Origin: an uncultured candidatus Brocadiaceae bacterium
GTDB lineage: Bacteria > Planctomycetota > Brocadiia > SM23-32
Reading direction: 5' to 3'
Assembly (NCBI GenBank): GCA_964644705.1
Contig: CAZXYF010000002.1
Coordinates: 1-47,076 of the forward strand
DNA: 47,076 nt
A model generated the notes under the pieces. The model was not told where the DNA came from and did no database searches. It worked only from the letters and a program-made list of their open reading frames with translations. Of the stretch, positions 9,853 through 19,146 are shown piece after piece (the stretch's first letter is position 1; each line of letters begins with the position of its first letter). The position numbers and the translations under genes were made by a program.

Positions 9853-10848
9853 TCATACGTAGCAGGGATGGAGGTGCTGTTCCAGAAGATCGGGCGCCAT
9901 TTCATTGGCACGGCCAACAACGGCCACGCACATGTTATACGATTCAGTCTGAAGGCCCAGCATACAGGCAAAAACACGTTCGGGGCCAAAAGGAACTCTC
10001 CGACCCTCCCGCACGTAATCCATAATCCATTCTTCGCCCGCATGGACAACCGCCCGGATTCGCTCCGTGCCATCCACATCGGCGAGGTCGCCCAGGTTGA
10101 ATCCATCCAATGATTCTGTCAGAAGTCGGGGCCAGTCTTCCACGGGTTCATCCTGAACCGCCTGGAGACGATGGGCATTGGACCGATCCTGCAAAAGAAG
10201 ATTTCGCACCTCCGGGTCCATATCGAGTGCCTCACCACGGAGGAGAAACTCTATTCCTCTCAGGCAATCCAGACGATCCCAGTAACCATCAATCCAGTCA
10301 CTGTCGAGTGTTTCCGCGGCATTCTTCAACTCGCGCAGAACCGCGGAATCAAAAGCAGCGTCAAATACGGGCAAGCTGGTCTCTCCAGCTTCATCGAAAT
10401 GCGACTGAACGCTGTTACGAACGCGTTCAAATATGGGGGGAAGGTCCGTGTTCGGACCATCCCACAACTGATCCCAAAAATGCTCATCGTACTGACCGGA
10501 TACCGAGGAGACGTCAACGTCCAAATAATGTCGTTTAATGTAGTTTTTGAGGCTCCTCAAATCCTCCCGCCAGAGCAACAAGTTTCCAGGTAGTGGATCC
10601 GGGCTCTGTTCCTGGAGTTCTCTTATCATGTCGAGGTAGCAGTCCTGCAAAACGGGTTCCGCCTGCCTCAAATCGTCCCCGTGAGAGAAGCATTCCCCGA
10701 TGAGGCTGTCCGCCAGTCGGGTATATATATCATCGCGGGGGCCACGAATGATATGGCGGAAGTAATCGCCGGGCATCATCCACGACTCCAGCACGGCGGC
10801 ACGGCCGCTCGGATAGGACCAGGAACTGGTTTGCTTACTCTGGGGCAT
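9853..10848 (-). CDS. ntpC: V-type ATP synthase subunit C (d-type)
   Basis: 331-aa helical protein between E and F. The size and operon position fit subunit C. The sequence is diverged. Confidence 0.7.
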   Translation of the reverse strand: MPQSKQTSSWSYPSGRAAVLESWMMPGDYFRHIIRGPRDDIYTRLADSLIGECFSHGDDLRQAEPVLQDCYLDMIRELQEQSPDPLPGNLLLWREDLRSLKNYIKRHYLDVDVSSVSGQYDEHFWDQLWDGPNTDLPPIFERVRNSVQSHFDEAGETSLPVFDAAFDSAVLRELKNAAETLDSDWIDGYWDRLDCLRGIEFLLRGEALDMDPEVRNLLLQDRSNAHRLQAVQDEPVEDWPRLLTESLDGFNLGDLADVDGTERIRAVVHAGEEWIMDYVREGRRVPFGPERVFACMLGLQTESYNMCVAVVGRANEMAPDLLEQHLHPCYV

Positions 10849-10935
10849 GCGTTCTTGGTATCTTTTCTGTTACTGAATTGTGCGAAGCGCAAAGATATTA
10901 AACGGGGCAACCCGATCGGCGATCTGGCCGATCAG

Positions 10936-11535
10936 CTAGACCTTCAATCCGTCGGGAAACACTTTTTGGGCGATGGTCGGGGCCAGTTCATCGCGCAGAT
11001 CATTAATTCGCCTTTCCACGGACATATCAATTTCAAACTTACCGGTGCGGAAAATCACGCCTCCCCGCTCAGGCCGTTCGCCCTCTTCTACTTCAAGCTG
11101 AGTATTCTCGTTCCTCCCCGCGTTGAGATCGTCGATAAGTGGCCGGATACGCTCTGCATCATCGGTGTGACAGATGACGGTACCCGATGTGTCGCCAGGG
11201 ATCTCGGCAATCCAGCTGCCAATCAGTTCGCGATATTCGTCCTCCGGCAGTTTGAAGATCCGTTCGGCCGCTTGTTCGAAGAGACGGTCAAGGATTTCGT
11301 TGCGTTTTTCCAGAAGGGCAAGATTGTGTTTCGAACGCTCCTGGATAAGGCGTCGCTCGCAGGTGCGTTCGATCTTCTGCCGTTGCTCTTCAAACTTTTG
11401 CTGGAACTCCTGCTCGATTTGTTCCTTGCCCTGCTCCAGCCGTTCCTCGCACCGTGCACGGGCCTCGGATTCAATCTTTTGGGCCTTCTCTTCGGCCTCT
11501 TCGATTACGGCCTCTCTGATCCGATCCATGCTCAT
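10936..11535 (-). CDS. ntpE: V-type ATP synthase subunit E
   Basis: 199 aa. A long charged N-terminal helix (EEAEEKAQKIESEAR...) and a globular C-terminus are typical of the peripheral stalk E subunit. Confidence 0.8.
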   Translation of the reverse strand: MSMDRIREAVIEEAEEKAQKIESEARARCEERLEQGKEQIEQEFQQKFEEQRQKIERTCERRLIQERSKHNLALLEKRNEILDRLFEQAAERIFKLPEDEYRELIGSWIAEIPGDTSGTVICHTDDAERIRPLIDDLNAGRNENTQLEVEEGERPERGGVIFRTGKFEIDMSVERRINDLRDELAPTIAQKVFPDGLKV

Positions 11536-11718
11536 ATGTGTTGATAATCCTTATATTCGCTTATATTTTATTGCTTCAGCCGCGGGCTCCGCCGCGTGGT
11601 CGGATATGCCATCCGAATCAGGCGGGGTCACTGCTCATCGGGGTATGAATTGAAGAGCCCAATGAGCATGTCGTTTGGCCGGACACTCCAGCGGACCGCT
11701 CAGTTATCACCGGACGGT

Positions 11719-12294
11719 TCAGGCTCCCGGCATGGGCAGCGCAGGGATCATGAAGTCAGCACTGGTCAACCAGATGATCATCAAAATAGAGGCGAGCAGA
11801 GCCACAACACCGTATGTTTCCACCAGCACGGGCAGAATCAGCGCACGCCCCATGTCGTCGGGACGTTTGCTGGTCCAGTTGATGCACGCGGAACAGGTGT
11901 TTCCCTGGTAGGACGCACTTCTCCATTCCGCCAGCCCCATTCCTACGCCCACAAAAAGCAGGGCCACGCCGGCGAGAGGTCCCACGATGTAGCCAGTGCC
12001 ACCTATCATTTTGGCCCCGGCGATTCCCGAATTCACAGCGATTAAAATCGCGGCGACCAATCCGTAAAATCCCTGCGTTCCGGGTAGGGACATCAGGACG
12101 AAAAGTTTACCGAACAGCTCGGGCTTCTCCGAAAGAATGCCGGCGGCCTGGGAAGCTCCTACACTGATACCACGGGCTGAACCGATACAGGCCAGACTCA
12201 CGGCCAGAATAGCACCGATGCCAGCGGATCCGATACCGGTCGTTACAAACAGATACTCCACCAAACTATCGACTTGACCGACTAATTCCTCCAT
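11719..12294 (-). CDS. ntpK: V-type ATP synthase subunit K (proteolipid, double hairpin)
   Basis: Four predicted TM helices. LPGTQGFYGLV and LVETYGVVAL are co-linear with Enterococcus hirae NtpK LPGTQGLYGFV and MVETYAILGF. Confidence 0.9.
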   Translation of the reverse strand: MEELVGQVDSLVEYLFVTTGIGSAGIGAILAVSLACIGSARGISVGASQAAGILSEKPELFGKLFVLMSLPGTQGFYGLVAAILIAVNSGIAGAKMIGGTGYIVGPLAGVALLFVGVGMGLAEWRSASYQGNTCSACINWTSKRPDDMGRALILPVLVETYGVVALLASILMIIWLTSADFMIPALPMPGA

Positions 12295-12370
12295 CTTTCC
12301 TCTCTCCTCATGCTCTGTTTTTGCCAGAAATATCTAAAACGTTAATCGTTTGCATCCATCTCGCTCAATT

Positions 12371-14383
12371 TCAACGGTGATCTTGCACAACCACGGATTC
12401 GGTGGTCAAACTCAGGGGACTATACTTTATGCCACCGCCCTCGTAGAAACAGTTGAAAAACTCCAGAAAGATCAGCCGGGCCGGGTGCACAAAGGCCGCC
12501 AGCATACTGACCAGGAAGTTGAAGGTGTGACCGAATACCAAAATCAGCACGAAAAGGCCCGCTCCCACCACGGGGGTGGATCGAACCAGCTCGGCTATGA
12601 TGTTGAACGCCATGCCGACGATCGCGGAAGTCAGCCCGAGGGCTACGAGCCGGGAATAGGACAAAATATCACTCAGGAAAGTCACACATCCATAACTGCC
12701 CATAATACCGTAGATACTGATCAACCCCTTCCCGAATCGGGCGGCCCACCCTTCCGCGTCCCGCCCCTGCGTCAGGATCAAACCTATACCTCCGACGATC
12801 ATCAATCCGAATCCAACGTTCAAAGTGGTCGGAGATATGTCGAAGAAAAGCGAGCCAAAGGCGATCAAGAATCCGGGCAGGACGAGGAACCAGAGGCCCG
12901 CATCAAACAAGGCGTCCCAGGGCTTGCCCCTCCGAATGAGGCCATAGGCGCGCAATATAAGCCCATAAAACTGGTTGACGACACCGACGCCGATGGATAT
13001 AACCAGCAGCAGGACCGCCTGGTCCAGTGGATCCTTCACGATGTAGGTGTAGCTGCGCAGCGTGAGAAGTATGTTGTTTTCGCCCAGATACTTTGCCTTC
13101 CACAGAGTTGAGGCCCATCCACCGGATAAAATCCCCAGAACCATGGCAAAAATTCCGGCGTAGCTGAACAACATGCACAGATTGTGCATCCCTTTGTATG
13201 GCCGCATTTTGCGCGCCATAACATACCCCACCACGGCCAGTCCCGCGCCGTAAAAGGCGTCGGCGAAACACATGCCAAAAAACAGCAAGAAGCTGAAAGC
13301 GAGGAAGGGGGTGGGATCAAAACTGAAATAATCGGGCATACCGAACATATCCACCAGAAACGTGACCGGTTCCACAAGGCGACTATGCGTCAGGGAAACC
13401 GGAACATCATCGTCGGGTTCGGGATCGCGGTAAACGGTGGAGACCTGCGGGAATCGTTCTTTCAAGTCCTCATCGACGGTATCCTGCTCTTTTGCCGGGA
13501 GGAAACCGCTCAGAACACTGATACGTTCAGAGTCCAGCGCATTGTTACGTGCTTCCACCTTCTCCAGTTCGGCTTCCCAGTATCCCAGCATGACTTCCAC
13601 TTCATGCTGGTGTTCGCTCATTTTAGCGATGCGCTCCCGGCATTTGTCCGCCGCTTTTTCATGTTTCTTGATATCAGCTTTCAGCCGGGTTAACCGCCCG
13701 GAGATGGATCCTTCCACGTCAGGAATGGGCACAGCGGAAAATTTGTGGCTCCGCAAAGAACGGTCCACCTCTTCCGCATCCTCGTTGAGCGCCACCGCTA
13801 CCATATCAACGACATCATTTTTCCGGCGGATATCCTGCAGAACAAGGCTTTCCGCCTCCATGGGGGACGCCCGGAGTTCGTCGAACTCATTCTCCGGCAT
13901 CGATCCGATCCATACGGTGGTTTTCTCCAGGGCTTGGAGGTCATCCGGGGTGAAAGGCAGATTGAGGAAAAATTCAAGATCATGTATTTCCTCCCGGGCC
14001 TCCTCTATAGCCGCCTCATGACGGTGATGCTCTTCTGCCGCATCGTAACACTCTTCGTAGACGGGCCGGTAATCAAACTCCTCGACGATAGTATCGCGCT
14101 GCTCGGGAGTCACCAGAGCGGGGAGTTGAACCACCATGTCAGCCATGGATGTCTCTTTTACATCAAAATTGTCCAGCACATGAAGGATATGTTTGAGCTC
14201 GTGGACGCGAGCCTGAACCTCCTCGGATGACTGAACTGGTCGCTCAAGCCCGTCCTCCTCAGGATGTCTCTCGGAGGCGTCCTCGACATGAAATACCTCC
14301 CGCTCCTGGAGCCAGTCCAGAACCGGACCCATCCGCTGGCGCGGCACCAGCAGAGTAGCATGTTTCATGCGATCAATTGACAT
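12371..14383 (-). CDS. ntpI: V-type ATP synthase subunit I (a-type stator)
   Basis: 670 aa with a cytoplasmic coiled-coil N-half and a polytopic C-half that includes a conserved Arg-containing helix (SYSRLVALGL). Confidence 0.9.
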   Translation of the reverse strand: MSIDRMKHATLLVPRQRMGPVLDWLQEREVFHVEDASERHPEEDGLERPVQSSEEVQARVHELKHILHVLDNFDVKETSMADMVVQLPALVTPEQRDTIVEEFDYRPVYEECYDAAEEHHRHEAAIEEAREEIHDLEFFLNLPFTPDDLQALEKTTVWIGSMPENEFDELRASPMEAESLVLQDIRRKNDVVDMVAVALNEDAEEVDRSLRSHKFSAVPIPDVEGSISGRLTRLKADIKKHEKAADKCRERIAKMSEHQHEVEVMLGYWEAELEKVEARNNALDSERISVLSGFLPAKEQDTVDEDLKERFPQVSTVYRDPEPDDDVPVSLTHSRLVEPVTFLVDMFGMPDYFSFDPTPFLAFSFLLFFGMCFADAFYGAGLAVVGYVMARKMRPYKGMHNLCMLFSYAGIFAMVLGILSGGWASTLWKAKYLGENNILLTLRSYTYIVKDPLDQAVLLLVISIGVGVVNQFYGLILRAYGLIRRGKPWDALFDAGLWFLVLPGFLIAFGSLFFDISPTTLNVGFGLMIVGGIGLILTQGRDAEGWAARFGKGLISIYGIMGSYGCVTFLSDILSYSRLVALGLTSAIVGMAFNIIAELVRSTPVVGAGLFVLILVFGHTFNFLVSMLAAFVHPARLIFLEFFNCFYEGGGIKYSPLSLTTESVVVQDHR

Positions 14384-14701
14384 TTATTCGTCCTCGCGGA
14401 GATTTTCGATGATGAGATCCACGGCTTCATCCAGAGTCTGCTGATCCAGTGAATCCAGCTGTTCCTGGGCCTCAGCAGCCTCCTGTTCCACGTCCTCAAT
14501 CCGGTCTTCCGTGCGAGCTTCAATCTCTTCCCGAGCCTCCGCTACGTCATCCTTATATTCTTGGCGACGCTGTTCGCGGAGATCGGTCAGCTCGTTCTCG
14601 ACCGAGCGTTCCATTTCACTGGCTTCTTCCTTCGCTTCGGCGATGATGCGATCCGCATCATCTTCTATATTCTGTACCTGTTGAATGATATTTTCGGGCA
14701 T
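14384..14701 (-). CDS. V-ATPase peripheral-stalk G/H-like subunit (acidic coiled coil)
   Basis: 105-aa Glu/Asp/Arg-rich helix starting at MPENIIQQV. Its stop abuts the subunit I start codon. It is the first gene of the operon, like E. hirae NtpF. I trimmed the start from the track ORF (14767) to the Met at 14701. Confidence 0.55.
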   Translation of the reverse strand: MPENIIQQVQNIEDDADRIIAEAKEEASEMERSVENELTDLREQRRQEYKDDVAEAREEIEARTEDRIEDVEQEAAEAQEQLDSLDQQTLDEAVDLIIENLREDE

Positions 14702-14769
14702 GGAACTACTTTCAGGATGGGATATGGGGGATAACAAATCGGGCAGGAACCAGTGCAAATCGAGCATAT

Positions 14770-14798
14770 ATTTTGCCCTCCGACACCATTTATGTCAA
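14770..14798 (-). promoter_or_regulatory. possible sigma70-type promoter of the V-ATPase operon
   Basis: On the minus strand, TTGACA (14798-14793), a 17-nt spacer, then CAAAAT (14775-14770), about 70 nt upstream of the first gene. Confidence 0.3.
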
Positions 14799-14885
14799 GC
14801 GAACGGCCCATGCAAACTTGACTTGAGGCCCCTGCTTTATAACAATGCGGATTCCAATTATTACTCCGAAGAAAAGGGGCCATCC

Positions 14886-15449
14886 ATGGCAATAGTCGAA
14901 GCAGGAAGTGTCCGGAATGGTAATGTCATCGTCGTTGACGAAAAACTCTGGCTCGTCCTCGATACCCAGCAGACGTTCGTGGGGAAAAAAGGGGCTTACG
15001 TACAAATCAAGATGAAAAATGTTGACAACGGTCACATTGAGACCAATCGATTCAGCACGTCTGATAAGGTGGAGAAGGCATTTGTTGAGAGTAAACGGAT
15101 GACCTACCTTTACGAGGATACGGCGGGCCACGTTTTCATGGATCCCGACACCGGACAGCAGGTGACAATCAGCCGTGATAAGCTGGAAGATGTGCTGCCG
15201 TATCTGGCCTATAACGCGGAGGTTGACGTCGATTTTTATGAGGATCGTCCGATCAAGATTGAACTCCCCCCCAGCGTGGAATTGGAAGTCACCGATACCG
15301 AACCGGCTGTCCGGGGAAACACGGCGACAAATGTAACTAAACCCGCGGAAGTGGAGACCGGTCTGAGTGTAAAAGTGCCCGGGCACATCGATGAAGGGGA
15401 AATCATCGAAGTTGATACGCGAACCGGAGAATTTTTGGGCAGAGCCTGA
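14886..15449 (+). CDS. efp: elongation factor P
   Basis: 188 aa starting at the ATG at 14886. The loop VGKKGAYVQIKMKN has a Lys at the tip position, and the C-terminus is GEIIEVDTRTGEFLGRA. Confidence 0.9.
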   Translation: MAIVEAGSVRNGNVIVVDEKLWLVLDTQQTFVGKKGAYVQIKMKNVDNGHIETNRFSTSDKVEKAFVESKRMTYLYEDTAGHVFMDPDTGQQVTISRDKLEDVLPYLAYNAEVDVDFYEDRPIKIELPPSVELEVTDTEPAVRGNTATNVTKPAEVETGLSVKVPGHIDEGEIIEVDTRTGEFLGRA

Positions 15450-15456
15450 ACGAGGC

Positions 15457-17037
15457 ATGGAGCATCATATGGTTGTGAGCAAAAGCAAAGGCGATGGATT
15501 CTGTCAGCGATACAAGAGGCTTCGGCGCCGATTCGAAAACGAAGTGGGGGAAAACCGCGCTCATTACGGAGAGGCAAGCCAGAACATCCGGGAGGAGCTG
15601 GTGCGGTGCCTCTGGTTCGGAAGCCATTTTTCGCCGGATGAACTCCGCACGGATGAAGGGAAACGTGTGGAGGTGATTTCGCCGGGGTGGTGGAATGTGG
15701 AGGGAGGACCGGATTTCAGACGGGCAGAAATCCTCCTTGAAGGCAAGGGCCGCATGGTGGGGGATGTGGAGATCCACACCCGCGCCCCCGGATGGTACGG
15801 GCACGGACACCATAAACAGCCAGAATACAACGACGTTTGTCTCCATGTGGTAATGTGGCAATCAAATACGGAGCGTCCGATCAGGCGAGAAGACGGGCAG
15901 GTGGTTCCCCAGCTCACCCTGAGTGAATTTCTTGACGAAGAGATCGATGAACTGATTGAAATTGTGGACCTGGAGGGGGAGGACCAGGATGCGCAGCCCC
16001 ATTCCCCCGCGATGCAACGATACTGCGGGGAGGCTCTCGCGAATGGAGATATGGATCCCGCGTGGCTGGGATCATTGCTGGATTGTGCCGGGGATCAAAG
16101 GATTATTGATCGGGCAGAACACCTGGCCGAGGAAATGGCCAATCACCCCCCGGAGGAGGTTCTTTACCGGCGGATTGCGGATGCTCTCGGCTACAAAAAT
16201 AATCGCATGGGCTTTCGACAGCTCGCATCTGCTTTACCCATTCACCGACTGCAGGAAATCGTTCCCTCGGATGCGTCGCCCCGGGATAAACGACGCGTTC
16301 TGGAAGCTGCTTACTATGGAGTGGGCGGCTTTCTGCAGAACGCCACCCCGGCGCAGGATGATGCGACGGAGGCATATCTGGACGATCTTACCACTCAATG
16401 GAATGAATTGCCGTCGGATTTTGACCAGTTTCGCATGTCCGACGCACATTGGGATTTTGGGGGCACGCGGCCGGTGAATTTCCCGGTACGTCGCATTGCC
16501 GCCCTGGCCGGGATATACGCCTCGTACCTGCCTGCCGGATTACTCGGGGACCTGTGCCGGACTGCTGAATCTACTGAACCAGATAAAAACCGGCGGCTCG
16601 ATACGACGGTCAGGGATGCACTCACGAGCGTATTCACAACGCTGGAGCATCCCTACTGGGACAGGCGATTCAGTTTCGGGGGGAAGAGGTTGTCCCGCAG
16701 GAATGCACTCGTGGGAGAGCAAAGGGCGCGCGCTATTCTGGTCGATGTATTGATCCCTGTCCTGATTGCACGCGGGCGAATGGAATCGAACCAGAAACTT
16801 CTGAATCGTATCCATGAGGTCTGGAACCGTCTTCCCCGCCGTCAGCCCAACACTGTTGTGGAACGAATGCAAAATGTAATGTTTGGTGGTGATCCGCTGG
16901 TCGGGGACGTGATCGACTCGGCGCGCCGACAACAGGGACTGCACCAGATTCATAATGACTTCTGTGCAGCACCCGAAGGATGCGAGGCGTGCCTGGTGCA
17001 TCTGGCCCATGAGTCAGGAGAAAATTTTAGAGAGTAG
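15457..17037 (+). CDS. DUF2851 family protein
   Basis: I recognise the block WWNVEGGPDF...GDVEIHTRAPGWYGHGHH...CLHVV as the DUF2851 N-terminal core. The start is set at the ATG at 15457, 8 nt after the efp stop. Confidence 0.65.
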   Translation: MEHHMVVSKSKGDGFCQRYKRLRRRFENEVGENRAHYGEASQNIREELVRCLWFGSHFSPDELRTDEGKRVEVISPGWWNVEGGPDFRRAEILLEGKGRMVGDVEIHTRAPGWYGHGHHKQPEYNDVCLHVVMWQSNTERPIRREDGQVVPQLTLSEFLDEEIDELIEIVDLEGEDQDAQPHSPAMQRYCGEALANGDMDPAWLGSLLDCAGDQRIIDRAEHLAEEMANHPPEEVLYRRIADALGYKNNRMGFRQLASALPIHRLQEIVPSDASPRDKRRVLEAAYYGVGGFLQNATPAQDDATEAYLDDLTTQWNELPSDFDQFRMSDAHWDFGGTRPVNFPVRRIAALAGIYASYLPAGLLGDLCRTAESTEPDKNRRLDTTVRDALTSVFTTLEHPYWDRRFSFGGKRLSRRNALVGEQRARAILVDVLIPVLIARGRMESNQKLLNRIHEVWNRLPRRQPNTVVERMQNVMFGGDPLVGDVIDSARRQQGLHQIHNDFCAAPEGCEACLVHLAHESGENFRE

Positions 17038-17291
17038 ATCGGCTGAGAAACGCTTGGGATTTATTCCCTTTGGCTGAATCCCGTTGCATTAGCTTCTATA
17101 ATACATAAGTGTTCGGACGGCATGTCTGGGCTGGGAAACGTATTTCTCACATTTGCTCCAGAAGTGGTAGTAGCGCACTCATTCATGTTTTTGGGGAGCC
17201 GAGTTGCCGGATGTCCGGAGTGGCATTCGCCCCCTGCAAATGGAGATGAACCGGAACCATCTGAATAATCACTAAAAGGACCGGGAACAAC

Positions 17292-17879
17292 GTGGCTAAT
17301 AACGAGATCATCGTGAACTGTGTATGCGGCGAGGAAGTAGAAATCGCCCGGGAAATGCTCGGTCACATATTCCCGTGTCCGGACTGTGGACGCAATCTGC
17401 GTATTTCTCTCCAGTTTTTGATGCTGGATCGGGAGGTGGCCCCCAATCTTACGGCCGTTTGTACCTGTGGTCGATTTATTGTGTCCAAAACCCGAAAAGC
17501 CGGAAAGAAAGCCACCTGTAAAATGTGTGGTCGACGGGTGGCCCTGCCAAAACCGGTGGAAGTGGAGAGTGGCCGTGGGCCCGTTCGGTTACATCCAAAG
17601 GCATTGGAAAAGCAACTCAGAAAAGCCCGCAACCGTGCACGGGAGGAAGGGAAGAAAATCCCGGGCCAGAAACGGGCAGGGCGTTCTCGTCCCCAACACT
17701 TCAGCTTGAAGCCGGGACAGGAGGTGTGTCGGAATCCGGATTGTAAAATGCCCCTCCCTCCCGGCGCCAATGTCTGCCCCCGCTGTCATTTCAATCAGGC
17801 AACGGGCACTCGATATGAGAGCCCGGGTCCGGAAAACGACCCCGTTGGTTCATGGAAACTCAAATGGGTTAAGGATTAA
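17292..17879 (+). CDS. basic protein with three zinc-ribbon (CxxC...CxxC) modules, function unknown
   Basis: GTG start. The Cys pairs are CVCG...CPDCG, CTCG...CKMCG and CRNPDC...CPRC. The linker is Lys/Arg-rich. The stop lies 2 nt before the next start. Confidence 0.6.
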   Translation: MANNEIIVNCVCGEEVEIAREMLGHIFPCPDCGRNLRISLQFLMLDREVAPNLTAVCTCGRFIVSKTRKAGKKATCKMCGRRVALPKPVEVESGRGPVRLHPKALEKQLRKARNRAREEGKKIPGQKRAGRSRPQHFSLKPGQEVCRNPDCKMPLPPGANVCPRCHFNQATGTRYESPGPENDPVGSWKLKWVKD

Positions 17880-17881
17880 GT

Positions 17882-18997
17882 ATGAGCAGGATTGCACTTT
17901 CTTCTGCGGAACTTCGTGAGTTCAGTGTGCCGGATGTGTTCTGTCTTCTCGGCGAACGCCAGTACCTTCTGGGACTGGGGGGCGTGATGGTTGCGACCAG
18001 TATGCGGGTCACCACCCGCGTGGAGGAAACCCCTGATGAATTCCGGTTGAGATTCTCCCCCACCGATCCCCATAGTCCGGAGATAACGGACATTCTGGGA
18101 CGCTGGCGTGAGGCACTGAAGGAAACGGCTCGGGATGAGGATCAATTATACGGACTGGATATAATCTGCGAGCTCCCGTCCCCTGATTTGCCCTGTCCCA
18201 CGACTTCTCGCATGATGAGTCCGGCCATAGCCGTTTCTCTGGCCACCGTACTGTGTGCACACCGTCGCCAGGACGAGATGGTGAATGGGGAACAGTTGGG
18301 AGCGATGGCGGGAAAAATACTGGAACGTGTGGTGGCACCGGACGGAACATATCCTTCGCGTTTTGATTCTCTCTGCCGGACGTGCGTGGAAGGGGGAGTG
18401 CGATATGTGAAATCGTCCGGGGAAGCCCTCAATGCGCAGCTGCTTGTGCCCCCCGAGTCTTTGTTACTGGTGGTGGATCCGGAGACGGCAAATGGTGGTC
18501 AAGAAACAAAATGGGGAGAAAATCTGTTGAGTGCCCTTCAGAAATTAGGGGGAACCGAGGCTCTGCTTGAACGGACCGAAGAAGAAGGTATTACCGGCCT
18601 CTTTGACCTGGCCGGAGACGAACTGTCCGATCAGGAAATGGCCGTTCTCTACGCCCTGGTGCGTGTTAGAGGCATGCTGCAGGAAATGTTGGAGACGCTG
18701 GATCGCGATGTTCGTGATAACGACCGGATGGCGGAGATATGCGATGAAGAGAGCATTATGATGCGTGACTATTTCGGTTTTCCCGGAGAAAACCTCCAGG
18801 AAATCCGCCATAAAGCAGTGGAAGCGGGAGCGCTCGGCGCCAAATTCACCTACGCGTTCGGGGAATCACCTGCTTTGCTCGCCCTGGCACCGGGTCGGCG
18901 GGATGAAGTAAGGTCGGCTCTGGTGGAGGAATATGGTGAACAGAGTATCGTCCAGCTGGATGTGAACCATTCCGGCATCCGAAGTGAAAGGCTTTGA
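17882..18997 (+). CDS. GHMP-kinase-fold protein with degenerate nucleotide-binding motifs, function unknown
   Basis: The motif I-like segment VFCLLGERQYLLGLGGVMVA resembles xPGKxxLxGEHxxxxG. The motif III-like segment GALGAKFTYAFGESPALLALAP resembles GAxGAKxTGAGGGG. The Gly/Ser-rich motif II is replaced by LPSPDLPCPTTSRMMSPAIA. Confidence 0.55.
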   Translation: MSRIALSSAELREFSVPDVFCLLGERQYLLGLGGVMVATSMRVTTRVEETPDEFRLRFSPTDPHSPEITDILGRWREALKETARDEDQLYGLDIICELPSPDLPCPTTSRMMSPAIAVSLATVLCAHRRQDEMVNGEQLGAMAGKILERVVAPDGTYPSRFDSLCRTCVEGGVRYVKSSGEALNAQLLVPPESLLLVVDPETANGGQETKWGENLLSALQKLGGTEALLERTEEEGITGLFDLAGDELSDQEMAVLYALVRVRGMLQEMLETLDRDVRDNDRMAEICDEESIMMRDYFGFPGENLQEIRHKAVEAGALGAKFTYAFGESPALLALAPGRRDEVRSALVEEYGEQSIVQLDVNHSGIRSERL

Positions 18998-19146
18998 ATG
19001 GACACCGGGTGAAACCATTCAGCGGAAACGAGTTTCTGTACTGTGTATGCTAAATTGAAAATTGTGTGGCGCAGCTGAACCCTCGCCAGAGGTTGTGTGT
19101 CTGCGCGCAAACATGTAATTTCCCCGTAATCTCTTTGGTCTCGGAA

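Noticed and set aside
17221-17238. sigma54-like promoter TGGCAT-N-CTGCA upstream of the zinc-ribbon gene
   Set aside because: The GG-to-GC spacing is 12 nt instead of the invariant 10 nt. The -12 element is CTGC rather than TTGC.
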